NCBI GenBank assembly: GCA_028534125.1
Contig: CM052817.1
Location: 36,954,001-37,018,000 of the forward strand
Source: Lama glama
Taxonomy: Eukaryota
Direction: 5' to 3'
DNA: 64,000 nucleotides
A program made the position numbers and the translations under genes. Positions 13,420 through 27,260 of the stretch are shown here, in pieces. A model generated the notes under the pieces. It was given only the letters and a program-made list of their open reading frames with translations, was not told where the DNA came from and searched no databases. Numbering within the stretch: position 1 is the stretch's first letter; each line of letters starts with the position of its first letter.

Positions 13420-13746
13420 GTTTCTCTTCTCTGCAGGAGGATTAAACTTCCCGACCCCGCTGAAATCAGTGTGGCCACATGACCTGCCTTGGTCAATGAA
13501 ATCTGGGCAGAAGTGATGTGTATCACACTCGGGCAGGAGCTTGAAGAACTAAGCATAGTTTGCCATTTTCATCTCCAGCCAAGGGAACATGGTGTTGAGC
13601 CTAGATCCCAGAGTGAAGACAATGTATAGCAGAATTGCAGTAGACTACAATAAACATGGAGCTTGAATGGAAAATCAACCTTTGTTGTAGGTCCCTGATA
13701 TTTTGGGGTTCTTCGTCATTGCAGCATAATGTATCCTGATAGATGC
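13420..13746 (+). mobile_element. Old MLT1 (J-like) LTR
   Basis: GTGGCCACATGACCTGCCTTGGTCAATGAAATCTGGGCAGAAGTGATGTG...TTCGTCATTGCAGCATAA..CCTGATAGATGCA. Confidence 0.7.
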
Positions 13747-14295
13747 AGTATTTTATGTTGTTTCCTTTCTACTCTTTCTAACCTTCCAGAGTTCCCTTTC
13801 ACCTAATGAATAAAGGTCCAACTAGCCTGGCATACAAAATTCACCTAGCCCTAACCAGTTTTTCCTTATCTATTTCTTTTGCTTTGAAAGTTACAATGAG
13901 AAAAATTTCGGTTAAGCACACTCATCACATTATATTTAGCAAATATGATGCATATTTGCAACTCTCCTACTTATTAATAACTTCTTTGAGTCAAGCCTCT
14001 GCTTAAGACCTAATAGGGAGTATGACTAAGCCCACAGAACTATGGGCTGGGGAAGGCTGGCTAGAGTAAACTCCTATAAGAATCTGTAGTTAGAAATTGA
14101 CTCAGTGGGTTGATAACCAATACAGAGCTGAGAGATCTGAAACGGCTCAGTGCCAGGATATGATGGTAGTGCAGGGGAATGGGGCAAATTGCATAGAAAG
14201 AGGTCAGGAACTAAGCCAGGACTGAGAAATGAGAGTGGTTCCCAGAAGTAAGGCCCAAGGAGAAATAAATGTCAAAGTTTGAAAGATACATGGGG

Positions 14296-14668
14296 TGTGA
14301 CAGACTGAACTTTGTCCCCTCAAAATTCATATGTTGAAGTCCTAAAATCCAATGTGACTGGTTTTGGAGATAGATAGAGCCTTTAAAGAGGTAATTAAGA
14401 TTAAATGAGATCATTCAATAGGTTTAGTGTCCTTACAAAAAGAGGAAGAGACACAAGGGGTGAATGAGCCAAGAAAAAAAGGCCATGCGAGAACACGGTG
14501 AGAAGACAGACATCCGCAAGCTAAGGAGAAAAGCCTCAGGAGAAACCGACCCAGAGAGCACCTTGGTCTTGGACTTCCAGCCTCCAGAACTGTGAGAAAG
14601 TAATTTTCTGTTATGTAAGCTGCCCAGCATGTGGTACTTTGCTATGGTAGCCCCAGCAAACTAACACA
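14296..14668 (+). mobile_element. MLT1A/B-like solo LTR
   Basis: Starts TGTGACAGACTGAACTTTGTCCCCTCAAAATTCATATGTTGAAGTCC; ends GGTAGCCCCAGCAAACTAACACA. Confidence 0.85.
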
Positions 14669-17559
14669 TGGCATGAGCAAGGAGAAGAGTCCTACAGGCC
14701 AGGTCCTGGCCAAGATAACTGTCAACACCCTGTTGTCACTGCAGCTTCCCTTCACTTATACTCACTTCCTACCCGGCGCTCTCTACCACTCCATGGGAAT
14801 CATGCCCCCTTCTGACAATGAGTGCATGTCTCGTCTCTTAGACTCCAAATAGCCAGGAACTATGATATTTCTCTCCTATCACCCAGAGACTTGTGCTGTG
14901 TATAACAAAAGGCTCATTCAATTCTTGAGGACTGATGAATGTGTTCTCTGGTCCCTCACCTGAATCAGTGGTTTCTAACCTCATGGAACCCCTCGGGGAG
15001 GGGAGGTTCATGGATGAACTTTAGGAACTTGCCCAAAGCTTTCATCAGATTCTCAAAGGGAATCTTGGTATTCAAAGGCTGAAAAAAACACTTCAACTTT
15101 GATGTTGGCTTTTGTTAGACCTTTCTGACCAATGCTGGTGTTACATGATTCAGTTCACATGCAGGAATGTAATAGGCTCCTTATTTATCAAACTTCTCCC
15201 ATCATATTTAGATAGTAGATAAGTTACTAAATCTGTCCTACAGCCACCATCTGTTAGGTGGCTATTGGTGTAGGTTTATTGTCCTCAGTTTCATAAGCTA
15301 TAATCTATTTTAGAAATGACAGATTCAGAAACAAAAGTTTGGATATCTGCCCATAAACATTCCCAAAATAAAGTCATACTTAAAAGAACTTGTGGATTCA
15401 AGGTCTTTTTATTAAAACACACACACACACACACAAACACTTTTCTCTGCTATCTAGTTGTAAGAAATACAGTGAATCTTTTTAATCATGTTACATATTA
15501 ATAAGACCCAGAGCAAATATCCTGTATAACTGAGTCAAAACTCTGCAGCTTTACCACATACAAATGAACTATCCAGGTACGTATTTACATTTAAAAGATA
15601 AGTCCAGTTTGCTTTAACCAAGTTACTTTTTATGTTAACATAGATTTGTGTAAGAAATTTCATCATGATCACTTTGTAAAAAACATAAAATATCAATTTT
15701 AGTATTAGAAAAAATATTTTTGTGGGTCCAACCATTTTTCCTTAGCTCTCTAGCTACAACTTTCTCTACATTCTCATTGAACTGATGTAATTACCTGAAA
15801 CCAATCTCACAAAGCTATGTTGAATAAATGGGGAATGTTGTTAGAAGATCACATTTTTGGTCCCAGACAAATTTTCCTTTAGCCAACTTGGGCAAAATCT
15901 TCAGAAATGCTTGTCCTACACAACCTGCAATAGTCCCACTGTACCTGTGGCCCTCAGGACCCATTGGAGAAATGGTGCCTGTGTCCCCCACACTTCTGAG
16001 ACCCAGATGTGCATGTAGGCAGAGGAAAAGCAAAGTCAAATACAGCCTACCCCTCTGATCTTCACTCAGAGGAGACTGCTCACGCCCTAGACTTCAGCTA
16101 AGGAAAAACTTCCCATTGTCTGAGGCAAAAGGACATCACGTCACTTCATCCTGTGCCTGGAAAGGCAGTTTGAAACAAGTAATTCTGATTCTAGAGATGT
16201 TGAGACCGTTCCCAGCTGCACCATGACTAGTTTTCAGTTCCTAGGCAAATTGCCCAATTTCCTCTGCTCCCAAATTTCCCCAGCTGTAAAACAGAGATAA
16301 TTATTGTTACCTTTCTCTTGTGCTATTCTGAAAAATAAATAGGACAAATGTTTCTAAAGTGCTTGGAGACAACTGTCTGAAGACATATTTGCCTACAGCT
16401 ATAGGTGGGGGCTTTCTTTATTTTTGTTAATGTTTTGCTTTTGGCCTGACTTTGGCATAAATATAGAAAAATCTAAGTTAAATTAAGTCATAACCCTTTA
16501 TCTAATGTAAACACTTACAGTATGCATAGCACTGTGCTAGGCACATGGAGAATACAGAGGGGGCACGTCCCCACCCTCAAGGAGCTCACAGCTCACTCAG
16601 AAGGAGGTGGTATAACCTAGAGGCTGAGAAACACAAGCGCACCAGTCAGCCAAGGTAGCTGGGTAGGACTCCTGTTCCAAACCTTAGGAGCTGGAGATCC
16701 TGGAAAAAGCACTCAGCTTTACCAAGCTCTGTTTTTCTCATGCAAATCATAATAACTAACATCTGAGTGTCTGCTGGGTGGCAGGGGGTGTTTACTTACT
16801 TGAAACTCAGAACCACCTGAGATAGATACCATTATTATCCCCATATCTGCATCCCCATCTTAGAGATAAGGATTCTGAAGCTTAGATACATTACATAACT
16901 TGTCCCAAGTCATATACAGTCAGGGACCAAAATGCAGACCCAACGTGTACGGCCACAAACATGGAGACCTTCCCACTAAACTACACTATCATCAAATGGG
17001 AGGAACACTCACCTCACGTAGACTTGTGAGGAGTAACTGAAATGGGTGCATAAAACACTGTTAGCCAGTGTCTGACACATCATAAACGTGCAATAAATGT
17101 AGAAGTAGCAGTGGAAGAGCTTAGACACATATATAAATAACCAGAACGGCAAGTCTGTTTCATGGGAAAACTCTTACAGACCAATCTTTACATAGAGGGT
17201 TACGGCATGGAGTTGTGTTGGGGGAAGAATAGCCTATGAACTGCACCATTTCTGAATCGGCAGACAAGGGACCGATACTAGGAAGGAGAGGTGCTTCATA
17301 TCAATGTACATTTCTGAAGGTCATTTAAAGAAAGGTTAAAGTATCTGCAGTACCCTGCTGTGATCAGATTCAGGCGTATTCGTGAGAACAATTTTTACAT
17401 AAGCAATGTAAAAACGCATCTGCTGCAATTATTCTACTCCCCTTCCTTAACCCCCACCCCCAATTTCCTTTAGGAAGAAACCACAGCATGGAGTTTCTTT
17501 TCAAAGTCTTGAAATAAAAATCCGCCCCCAAAAGGATCTTGCTTTTAAAATCTTTTAGA

Positions 17560-17650
17560 GTTGTTTGAGAAGAGAGAGAGAAGGGAAGGGGAAAAAAAAA
17601 GCGTAAGGAGCCAAGTGCTTATATTCTGGCCAAGTTCTGAGCCTCTGGGA
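17560..17650 (+). promoter_or_regulatory. Putative SPARCL1 core promoter
   Basis: Purine-rich GA tract (17567-17600) and TATA-like TTATATT (17619-17625), immediately before a locally CpG-rich segment (~17690-17830) and exon 1. TSS not determinable from sequence. Confidence 0.55.
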
Positions 17651-18059
17651 ACAAGAGCTGGAGGGGAGGACTGTTAACCCCATTCTCTCGGGCAGAGTGA
17701 GCTCTTTGCCTGTGGGTCTGCACCGCCTGTAAAGCTCATCGCGCACTCGCCCTCGGAGTGAGAGGCGAGCCCGCTGGGAACTGCAGGAATCTGCAACAAA
17801 AACGATGACAGTCTGAAATACGTCGCAGTGCCAACCTCCAAATTCATCTGTCACCTCAGACCCTGACTAGTTGACAGAGCAGCAGAATTTCAACTCCAAT
17901 AGACTTGAATGTGTTTCTGGGCAAAGAAGCAGAGCTAACGAGGAAAGAGATTTAAAGAGTATTGGATATTTGTCAAACTTTTATTTCCAGGCTGTGTGCA
18001 AAGAGGGGACTCAACTTCAATTTTCTGCCAAGGCTCTGGGTCCAGCTACCTACCTGAAG
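17650..18059 (+). other. SPARCL1: SPARCL1 exon 1 (non-coding 5' UTR; start approximate)
   Basis: Resembles the human SPARCL1 5' UTR as I recall it (GAGCAGCAGAATTTCAACTCCA..GGGCAAAGAAGCAGAGCTAACGAGGAAAG..GGCTCTGGGTCCAGC); donor AAG|GTAAAT at 18059/18060. Confidence 0.8.
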
Positions 18060-18694
18060 GTAAATTTTAATAAGTTTGCTGTATCATCTAATTGCATTTG
18101 TTAACATGATTTGCATGATCTGATAAAGATGTCTAATATTTTCGCCTAATACAAAGCCATTTTTTTACTCCCAAAAAACCCCTTTGCATGATTTACAGAA
18201 AACCTACTTAAGAGGGAATTTTAACAACTGAATTCATGCTTCCTTTTCTTCTCCAAGATTAAATAGTAGGTACTAATAAATGATGGTTTTAGTGTAAACC
18301 AAGAAGACAAATGTAGAACTATGGTTGGTCAGACTAGCATTCAAATCTTGGTGAAGTCTGAAATCTGGAAATGTGTTTTATAGAAACGCTTTACTAAATA
18401 TATTAAATAAATCAAAGGGCAGATAGCTTTTTAAAAAAATCTTTCAGATCAAAGTAACTTGAGTGTTTTCCATGTTTAAATTATCCGAAGTTAGTCAATC
18501 ACCATCATTTTCCCAGTCTGTACCTAACAGCAATGTAGAAATGGAGTATTTTGCTTTTCCAAGAGGTAAGAAAATCCCTATAATACTATATTCTTCTTTG
18601 ATTATTTTTTAGTTATTGTGACTATAATTTTTTCCTGATGCCCTTTTACAGTTTTACGACTCATTGTTTCTTATCTCCTTTGATCATTTTTAAG

Positions 18695-18725
18695 ATACGT
18701 GCGCGCACACACACACACACACACA
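18695..18725. repeat. Alternating purine-pyrimidine tract, (GC)n(AC)n
   Basis: ATACGTGCGCGCACACAC...ACA read directly. Confidence 0.9.
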
Positions 18726-21700
18726 ATTTCTAATTCCTAATGATACCTTCTTTAGGAAGGGGAAAAGGAGGGAGGGGAATCAAAGAGCTAAAAAATTATG
18801 ATAACTCCTGTATCTTTAAGGTATCTTCGTGTCTGGCTCTATCTTCTAAAACAAAACAATAATGCAAGTCATGCTCCCTCATTTCTCCTAGATATTAGGG
18901 GTCACCCTGCAGGAGAAAACCACGTGTTTAACTGCAGATCAATGCTGTTGATACCATAGCCAAGAGGTAGTGCAGAGAGAGTATCTCTTTTGAACTGCCT
19001 TTAATCTGAAAAGAGGTTAAATATGTCACCTTGGCATTGTATCGAAGCTCTCCTCTGGCCCAGGGCCTAAGTACACTGAATAGAAATGTTCACTACGTCC
19101 AACTCAGCAGAAATCTTTCTTTTTCAATTCTCCCCTTTCTCATGGATACCAGCTTTTTTCAGTCCACAACTCATTCAGCTAAACTTTGATGGTTATAACT
19201 ATTGTTAACTATGACATTTTTTTTAAAGGACACTCCTCCCAGGAAACATTTAAGTTTATATTTCTGTCCATTCAACAAGATCCAGCAAAGCACAACAATC
19301 TGTTTCATATACTGATTATCCAATCAAGCAATGCTGCTTTCTACATTTTGGAAAAGAATAGGTACATGTTATTAATGAATCTTGCCTTTTTTCTCTCAGA
19401 GAATTTTTGAACAGCCATTTAGCAACTGGAGTACTGGGGTTTCCTTTCCAGGTCCTTTGGGGTTTAATCCCCAATAGCCTCTCATGCAGTTTCACTTATC
19501 AACTAAGTAAAAATAATAAATAGTGATGACAGAAATGAAATGAATAGTGATATGTCTGGAAACACCAGAACATTATTCATCTCATTTCCTCCTGACTGCT
19601 TGTTATTTTTATTCAGTTGATACGTAACTGTACACAAACATTGCTATTTTAGTTAAGTTTAGCACAATGTCCAGAACATGTTGGGACTCTTTTTCCACCA
19701 AGAATATGAGTGACTGTTGTTAAGACTTCAGATGCCCTTTTCACTAACATATCATTCTGGAACAACCTCCAGTGAGGGAAAAGGGGGCCCCACAAATCCA
19801 GGAGAACTTCCCCAGCAGCCCTAGCTGCCAAAGAGATGTCCAATTAGGTGAGGGTCTGGTTCATACAGGGGCCACCCAGCATCTTCCCCCAAAGGTGAGC
19901 TTGCAAGGTAGTACTACCTGAGGCTAGCCTGGTTTTTGTCTTGGGCATCGAGAGACAGTCAGAACTCTGGGGAACAGTGTGTGGTCTTGACTGATTGTAG
20001 GGAGATGGTGTGATAAAGTGAGTGAGATCATGGGCTCTGGAAATACACAGATCTGGTTTATACCCAGGCTCTCCCAGGCTCGGTGACTTTGGGCAAATGA
20101 CTCTTTGAGCCTCAGTCCCCTCATTTGTGGAAATGGGGATCATAAAATTAGTTGCTACCTTAAAGATTTGTTGTGATAATTAAGCGAGGAGAACAGCTAT
20201 GGCTGATACATATGAATCAATCCATCAATCACAGCTAACATCAAAGCACGAGGCCGCCTATACTTTCCAAGTGGAACTCTGTAGAAAGGGAATTTACTCT
20301 ACGTGTTCCCTCAGGGATTCTTCCTTGTACTTAGACACTTTGCTGTGTAATAAAATGTCAATTTCAGGTCTATGCCTCTGAGTCAGCGTGGCAGAGTGGA
20401 TAGAGCATGGGTTTCAGTGTCTAACACCACTGAGTTTGAATCCTGGCTGAGTGAGCTTGGGCAGTCCCCTCACACCTCCAGGACTCAGTTTACCCACCTA
20501 TTCAGCAAATAGTGATAATAATACCCACAAGGGGGTTGTTGTAGGAATTAAATAAGATTTTTTTTTAATGTCAGGTATAGCACCTGGCAGAGTACTAGCT
20601 ATACAGAGAGAAAGTGTTTGATTATTCACTTGGAATAATTTTCTGACAGTAAAATTGGAGGTCAAGAAGGAAATATTTCTTTGAATTGTCTTTTTTTTAA
20701 TCCTAAGAAATGGAAAAATAAACCTGACACTACTGTATTCCCCTGAGGGGCCTCGACCTGAAGTATTTATTACTGAGAGTCTTTACTGCTTCGTCAATTA
20801 GTTGCTTCTTAATGGCCAAGTCAAATGAAACCAAAGCAAGCTTTCTGTTACAGACTGCCATTAAGAGGACTGAGGCAAAATGCTGCTTTGCGCTCAATTC
20901 TGTTTTATTGGCCTACTTGGACAGAGGAGAAGGCCCCCAACATTTCTCCTTTCTTATCTTTTCTAAAGGCAAGAATAGGGGTTTTGACTTGCTCTAGGGG
21001 TATTTTTTCCTCTCGAACTGAAATTCAAGCAAAGGGCTTGTTTTTTGTTTTTTTGTTTTTTGTTTTTGTAAACCTCTCCCCGATGTTCTTAGCATTGAAA
21101 TGTCAGCCCCTTTTTTCTGGCTACATCGAGCAGGAGCAGGCCGCCATCAGAGCGATGATAGAGAGACTCAAGTCTCACAATCCTCTCCGTGAAATAACTC
21201 TTAGTCCGCTTTAAAAATCCTTCTTTAGAAATGAAGTCTCCAGTCCTGGCTTGTTTCCTCCCTGTTATGCAACCATCTTACGTACACCAACAACAGTAGC
21301 CAAATGTTTCCTTTAAAGAGTCAATGAATATGTCTTAAGAAAACGAACAAGAAAGCTACTAAACGGTGAGCAGTTTACTGTGGAGGACAGGGACAAAGGC
21401 AAGCAAGAAAAACAGAAAGACCTCACTTTCTAGCACATACTGCACATCCCGTAATAAATCCATTTCCAGGTTCCCACTGCCTCCTCCTATCTTCACTACG
21501 TGCTTATCAGGGGAGATCAGGGACAGGCTGCCTGGGCTCAAATCCTGATACTCATACTCTAGTTTTTTTATCTAATCCACTCTTTGCCTTGTCTTCTCAA
21601 ATGTAAATTAGAGGTAATAATAGTCGTGGGAATTGAATGAGACTGCATGTAAAGATCTTATCACAATATCTGACCAGTGGTAACCGTTGGCTGTTAAACT

Positions 21701-24627
21701 CACCAAGCCTCAGTTTCCCCTACTTCTTAAATGAGGATAACAGGTAATTCATAAGATTGTTGGGGGATTAACTGAAATAATGGATAGAAGTGCTCAAGAA
21801 GTAGTAGTTCTTTTAATCCTTTTCTCATTAAGTCTAACACTGATGAGACTGGCTTTTTTGAACTTGGAATCTCCCAGTGAGTAAACTGTAATGAATACAG
21901 GACTCAGAATTATTGTATAAATGTGAACCATTAAATTTCTAGAGAATAAAAGGAAATAATTAAGGGTTTTGATATTTATAAAGAGTAAAAAGGACTCTTC
22001 TCATCTTGATTAACACTAGTGCAAAACGTATCAAAACATTTTATCTTTCATTTCGATCCTTGTTATTAAAGTTTCTGTTTTAGTTTCTCAACTGTTTTCT
22101 AAGTTATACAATTAGGTAAATAAGTAATATTTTTTCCTTATCTCTCAAGCAACTAATGTATTCAGTGCTCTACCCCATTCAAAATGCCAGAGACGCTACA
22201 AGAGCCATAATAAGAGAGGCTGTGCTCCCGTGAAGTTTGCTGTGTAGTTAAAAAGGCAGTCGTTAATCAAATCATTGCATTAATAAAAAGCGCATTTGCC
22301 CAAACATAAGGTGACCCCAAATACAAAGTCATCTTCATTTTTCTAATGGAAAGATCCTCAGCCACAGTCTTCAGTCAACCTAAGTGCACAGATGGATAAT
22401 ATATTGTAATGTATACCTAGGACACTTAACTCTATTGTTATATATACATATTTTAAATCTCATTTCATTCTAAATATTTTATACTTGAAAAAAATTTTTC
22501 CATCCTCATATTTCATGAAACAATTTTGTTAAAACTCTCTCTATGCACCTTTAACATCCTTGTCTGCATTCACTGGACCCACTCTGTAATTATCTAATAG
22601 AGAGTAGTGCATTATGAATTCTCTGCAAGTTGTTCATAACGCATTTCTCAAAAATCTGCTGATGCTGCAAATTTGAGCCCCAAGCATAAATTCTCACTCT
22701 ACAGTGATGATCTCTACATATTAATTACTTACTATATGGTTTTTTCCAGTGCTCTTTAAAGGGCTTATTTACAACCACTGGAGTCCATGAAGTGTGGTTT
22801 TCTAAAATTGTGTAATTCCAACCCTTGCAATAATGAAGTCATACCTCAAGAATAATTATCATCAAATCTGTTTTAAATATCTTTATCTCCTTCTTTACTG
22901 TCATGGTGACTTTCTTAAAAACAAAAATAAATATTGCTTGAGATCATTTCAGGCTGTTTTCCTAAAATGGTACTTTGTTGTTCCAAATGAAATAACTGAG
23001 ACAATGACCATTAATGTGAGAGACCTCAAAAGTATGAGAATATAAGTCAAATCTCTCTTTTTTATAGCACAACTTTGGGGGGTGAAAAATTCACATTATA
23101 TTGAGCATGTATTGCATATAATTATATGCTGAAATGTGTTAAGAAGGCAAAGCACCTTTGTTCTAAGAATGTAAGGAGCCTGACCTCTGCTCAAGGTCAC
23201 TGATGGCTTTCCTTGATCTGAAGGCTAAACAGAGATTAACTCTGCAGGAGATGTGTGTGTGCTGGACGTTGGTGGTTGGGGCAAGTAGGTTCTGGCAAGA
23301 GAATTCTGAGCATGTGAACACCTTGTGCAAAGACCCTGTAGCAAAAGGGATCATGGCCTATTTGAGGAACAGAGAGGAGGCCAGTTCCTGGGAGAGCAAG
23401 AGGCAGAGCAGTGGGAGATGCGAAGCCTCAGCGATGCCCCGTAACATCCTCTTCCCTGGGCACTCAATGCATTTATCCTCTGCTTCATTCATGTTTAATG
23501 TGTATCTTTAACATCTCTGTTAAATTCTGGTTAGGTCTAAAGTTCTGATGGGCATGAACCAAGTCTATCCCTAGCTTGGATTCATATAGTGGTGAGTTCA
23601 GTGAGGCAGGATGACCAGCAGTTGAAGGTCAGAGCTCCAGAAAAATATGTATCTTTGAGTGTATATCATATACATTTACAGAGCTGGGCAATCTTGGTGT
23701 CAGACGGTGACTCAGCAGAGAACTTGAAATAGAAGAATATCTTTCTTAATCCTTCAGATGACTTTAATGCCAAGCTATAGAGCTCTCCCAAGAGACTCAT
23801 AATACTTGAAAAGCCCCAAAGCATCACTGTTAACTCTGTATCAGGTAACAACACGTATATGTTAGCCAAAATATGACTCAGGGATTTGCTGATAACGAAG
23901 TCTTTGGCTATCGTATAAAGACAGGGTGAAGGAGAATGCTCTGTTTGAGTCTGATTATGAAGTACCTATAATAACCATTTTGTTTACTACATTTCCCTGA
24001 AGGGAAATTTTTCCATAGTTATAATAATTACTAAAAATAGCAGCCTACAATCTCCCTCTGATATAAACGAATTCAACAGAAGATACCTGGCCTTATTTGG
24101 AAGTGTGGATGTACACACTCCACGAAATAATATACCAGCAGTAAGAAGAAAAGTAAAATAACAAGGAAAACAGTCACTGCAGCCTCTCCTCTCCCTAGGC
24201 TTTCTAGGGTATACCGTGTGTCTTTCTCAGGTCTTTTGACTGTAGATAAGGTAAAATGAATGGATCAAGTAGTCATCATCTGTCTTGGAAACCAAAAACG
24301 CTAAAGAAGTTTTCTTGTAAATTTGGCTGAGGCTGCCAATGAAGGAGCCCACAGCGGGAGGAGGAGGGCATCTGAACTGCCTGAGGAACGCAAGGCAACA
24401 CGAGGAAAATTCAGTTAGGAAAACTTGAAACAATAATTACCAGCACTAAAATTTCCAAAAAGTCATTGACATAACCAAAACAAGAGATGGGAAAGAGCAG
24501 ACTCCAAGCCTGTTCTTCCCTTTAAAGGTGTGGATGGCCGTGTTTCCACTCCAGTTCAGAAGTCAGACAGCTCGTCAATACTTAGAAGAAGAAAGAGAAG
24601 GGAGATAAAAAGAGAAAAGAACCCACA

Positions 24628-25022
24628 ACAACATGGATGAGCTTGGAGGGCTTTATGCTAAAGGACATAAGTCAGACAGAGAAAGACAAACACTGGATGA
24701 TATCACTTACATGTGGAATTTAAAAAATACAACAAACTAGTGAATATAACAAAAAAGAAACATACTCATCGATATAGAGAACAAACTAGTGGTTACCCAT
24801 GGGGAGGGGGAAGTGGGGAGGGGCATTTTAGGGGTAGGGGTTACGAGGTACAAACTATTATGTATAAAATAAGCTACAAGGATACATTGTACAACACAGG
24901 AAATACAGCCTATATTTCATAATAACTATAAATGGAGTCTAATCCTTAAAATTGTGAATCACTATATTGTACACCTGAGACATATAATATTGTACATCAA
25001 CTATATTTCAATTTAAAAAAAA
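24628..25022 (+). mobile_element. 5'-truncated L1 3' end (3' UTR plus A tail)
   Basis: ACAACATGGATG..ATAAGTCAGACAGAGAAAGACAAA..G-rich tract..TATTGTACATCAACTATATTTCAATTTAAAAAAAA. Confidence 0.9.
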
Positions 25023-26879
25023 TTTTTAAGAAAGAAGAGATATAGTGAGATAAGGAGTACGCAGTGGAGACAGATGGTTAGATTAAGTAGATTTAAGTGG
25101 CAAGGCAATACGCAGAATTTCAAAAATAAATTTACCATTTTAAATGTAAATTTAAATTAGTGTTCTAAATAAATTAAATTGATGTTCTTTAAAAAACTAT
25201 AGGAACTGAAAAGAAATCAAATAAAAACACCTACTCTGACCTAATCTTATTCCAATTTAAATCTTTAGAAAATATAATAGAAACTGAAAAGAGACTAATA
25301 CAATGAGAACTCAAAATGAACCACAGTACCCAAAATATATTCTGTTTGTTTGTGTAAGTTCACTCCTAAATCTAGATGGAAAATGGTGTTCCAGAGTATG
25401 CTAAATTTTAAGTGCTCTCTCCTTCTCTAGGAGATAGGCATTTCAGGACCTCAAGAGACAGAAAGACCAAGAGTCAGAGAGTTTTATTCAAAGGAACATC
25501 CTATGTTTCCTCCCAAGTGCCAAGTAATATTTAGCTACTGCGTACACTGATTTCCACCCTCAACCTGAAAGACCATGCATTTGGTCTTAAGAGACCAGAG
25601 CTGACATTGTTCCATCAGAGGTCAATGGGGACTGGCGTGCACATAGCCCATTCTCCCTTTGCCTTTCAGACCAAGCTCTGCAGGCTTGCCTGGGCTATAA
25701 GAAAGAATATTCAGGCCCTTCCCCCCCCCCTTTTTTTTTCCCCAGGGACAGAACTTGTAGACCTGCTGAGAAATCTAATTACAACCTCCTTTCATGGTGA
25801 AATCCAATTACAACCTCTCCCATGGTGAAAGCCAATCCTTTTGATACAAAAGGAAACAAAACTAAGGGGTTTCAAGCCGGGAATGTGTCTCTGTTCTGCC
25901 TTCTCTCTTAGGCAACCATGCGGATAGGTTGCAATGACCTTGACTTGACTTGCTTAGGAACAATGATCATAAACTATTGCGACCTCTGTTCCCATAAGAA
26001 GGAAAAATATTTTCATCTCTGATGTCAGGAGTTTCTGGAGATTTTCTCAAGGATCCATTAGTTGAGCAAAGCAAAATCCTCCACATATGCATTTTTAATT
26101 CAGCAAGATGATTTTTCTTTTTGAACTTAGAATGTCATGTTAAACAAGAAAAAAAAAAGTAGTGTTATTTAAGACAATATCCTCCTATAATCTTTTCCTG
26201 ACATCTTTAATGCCCTGTGCCATCTTTTCCACCAACCCTTTTCCTTGAGGATAATGAGAAAATGCAGTACTGCCTGAAGGCGGATCACCTCAAATTCCTA
26301 AAACTTAATTAAGATAAATGGAGACAGTTCTCAAGATAGTCATTTATGGAAATACATATTTTACATATACCTGGTAAAAGTCTATAATTGCTGAAACAAT
26401 AAAATTACCAAACACATTCTAATCAAATCTCTATCTTTACTACACAATCACTGTAGTCCACTGAATATGTATAAGACCCAGATTTGCAGCTTATCACCCA
26501 AAATGGGCAAAATTTTTAGAAGAATCCAGTCGACTAATAAAATTTTAATTGAATATGAGTGGAGCAAGGGCTGGTAAATGCTTTTGTTTTGTTTTGTTTT
26601 TTAAATATGATAAAATTTACCATAGGTTCAGTAATAGTGCTATGCCCATTGAGTGAATAAAAGTAAATAAACAAGGATAAGAATCACCATTCAGAATGAT
26701 CCTCAAATAGCTCCAGAAGTAATGCATTTTTACCATACTTGATTCAACTTCAGTTACCTAATCATCTATATAATATGATAGGGACCCAGCGGGAAGGTGC
26801 CCTGAAATCTGACAAAATCAGAAGAACTGATCTAGATTATGGGTCAAAGAAAACCTGTAGCTGGTTTCAAGACACCATG

Positions 26880-27260
26880 ATTGGTCAGATCTTCATGCTG
26901 GTGGGTGTTGGGTGCTCAGTTTAAAGTAAAAGGGGGTACACAGTCCATAGACAGAGTGCAGTCGTCTCACTCAGAAGGAAGAGTATGGCTACAAGGTGTG
27001 GGGGTTGTTAGTTTTTAATGGGCTTGGTAACTTCACATTGCTAACAAATGGAAGGAGTATTCCAACCACTCTGGGAAGGGGGTGATGATCCCCAAGACTT
27101 GGGGCACCACCCACTTTTTGACCTTTTATGGTCAGCCTTGGAACTGTCATGGTGCCTGTGTAAGTGCCATTTACCACGTTAATATATTACAATGAGTGTA
27201 TAACGAAGCTCAAGGTCTACTGGAAGTCCAATCTCCCACCATTTGGGGCTTGGAATCATT
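26880..27260 (-). mobile_element. ERV1-class LTR fragment
   Basis: LTR-like motifs GGGGCACCACCCACTTTTTGACCTTTTATGGTCAGCCTTGGAACTGTCATGGTGCC and CAATGAGTGTATAA. Boundaries uncertain. Confidence 0.6.

Noticed and set aside
21161..21176. Inverted repeat GAGACTCAAGTCTC as a structured RNA
   Set aside because: The stem is too short to exceed chance in 64 kb.
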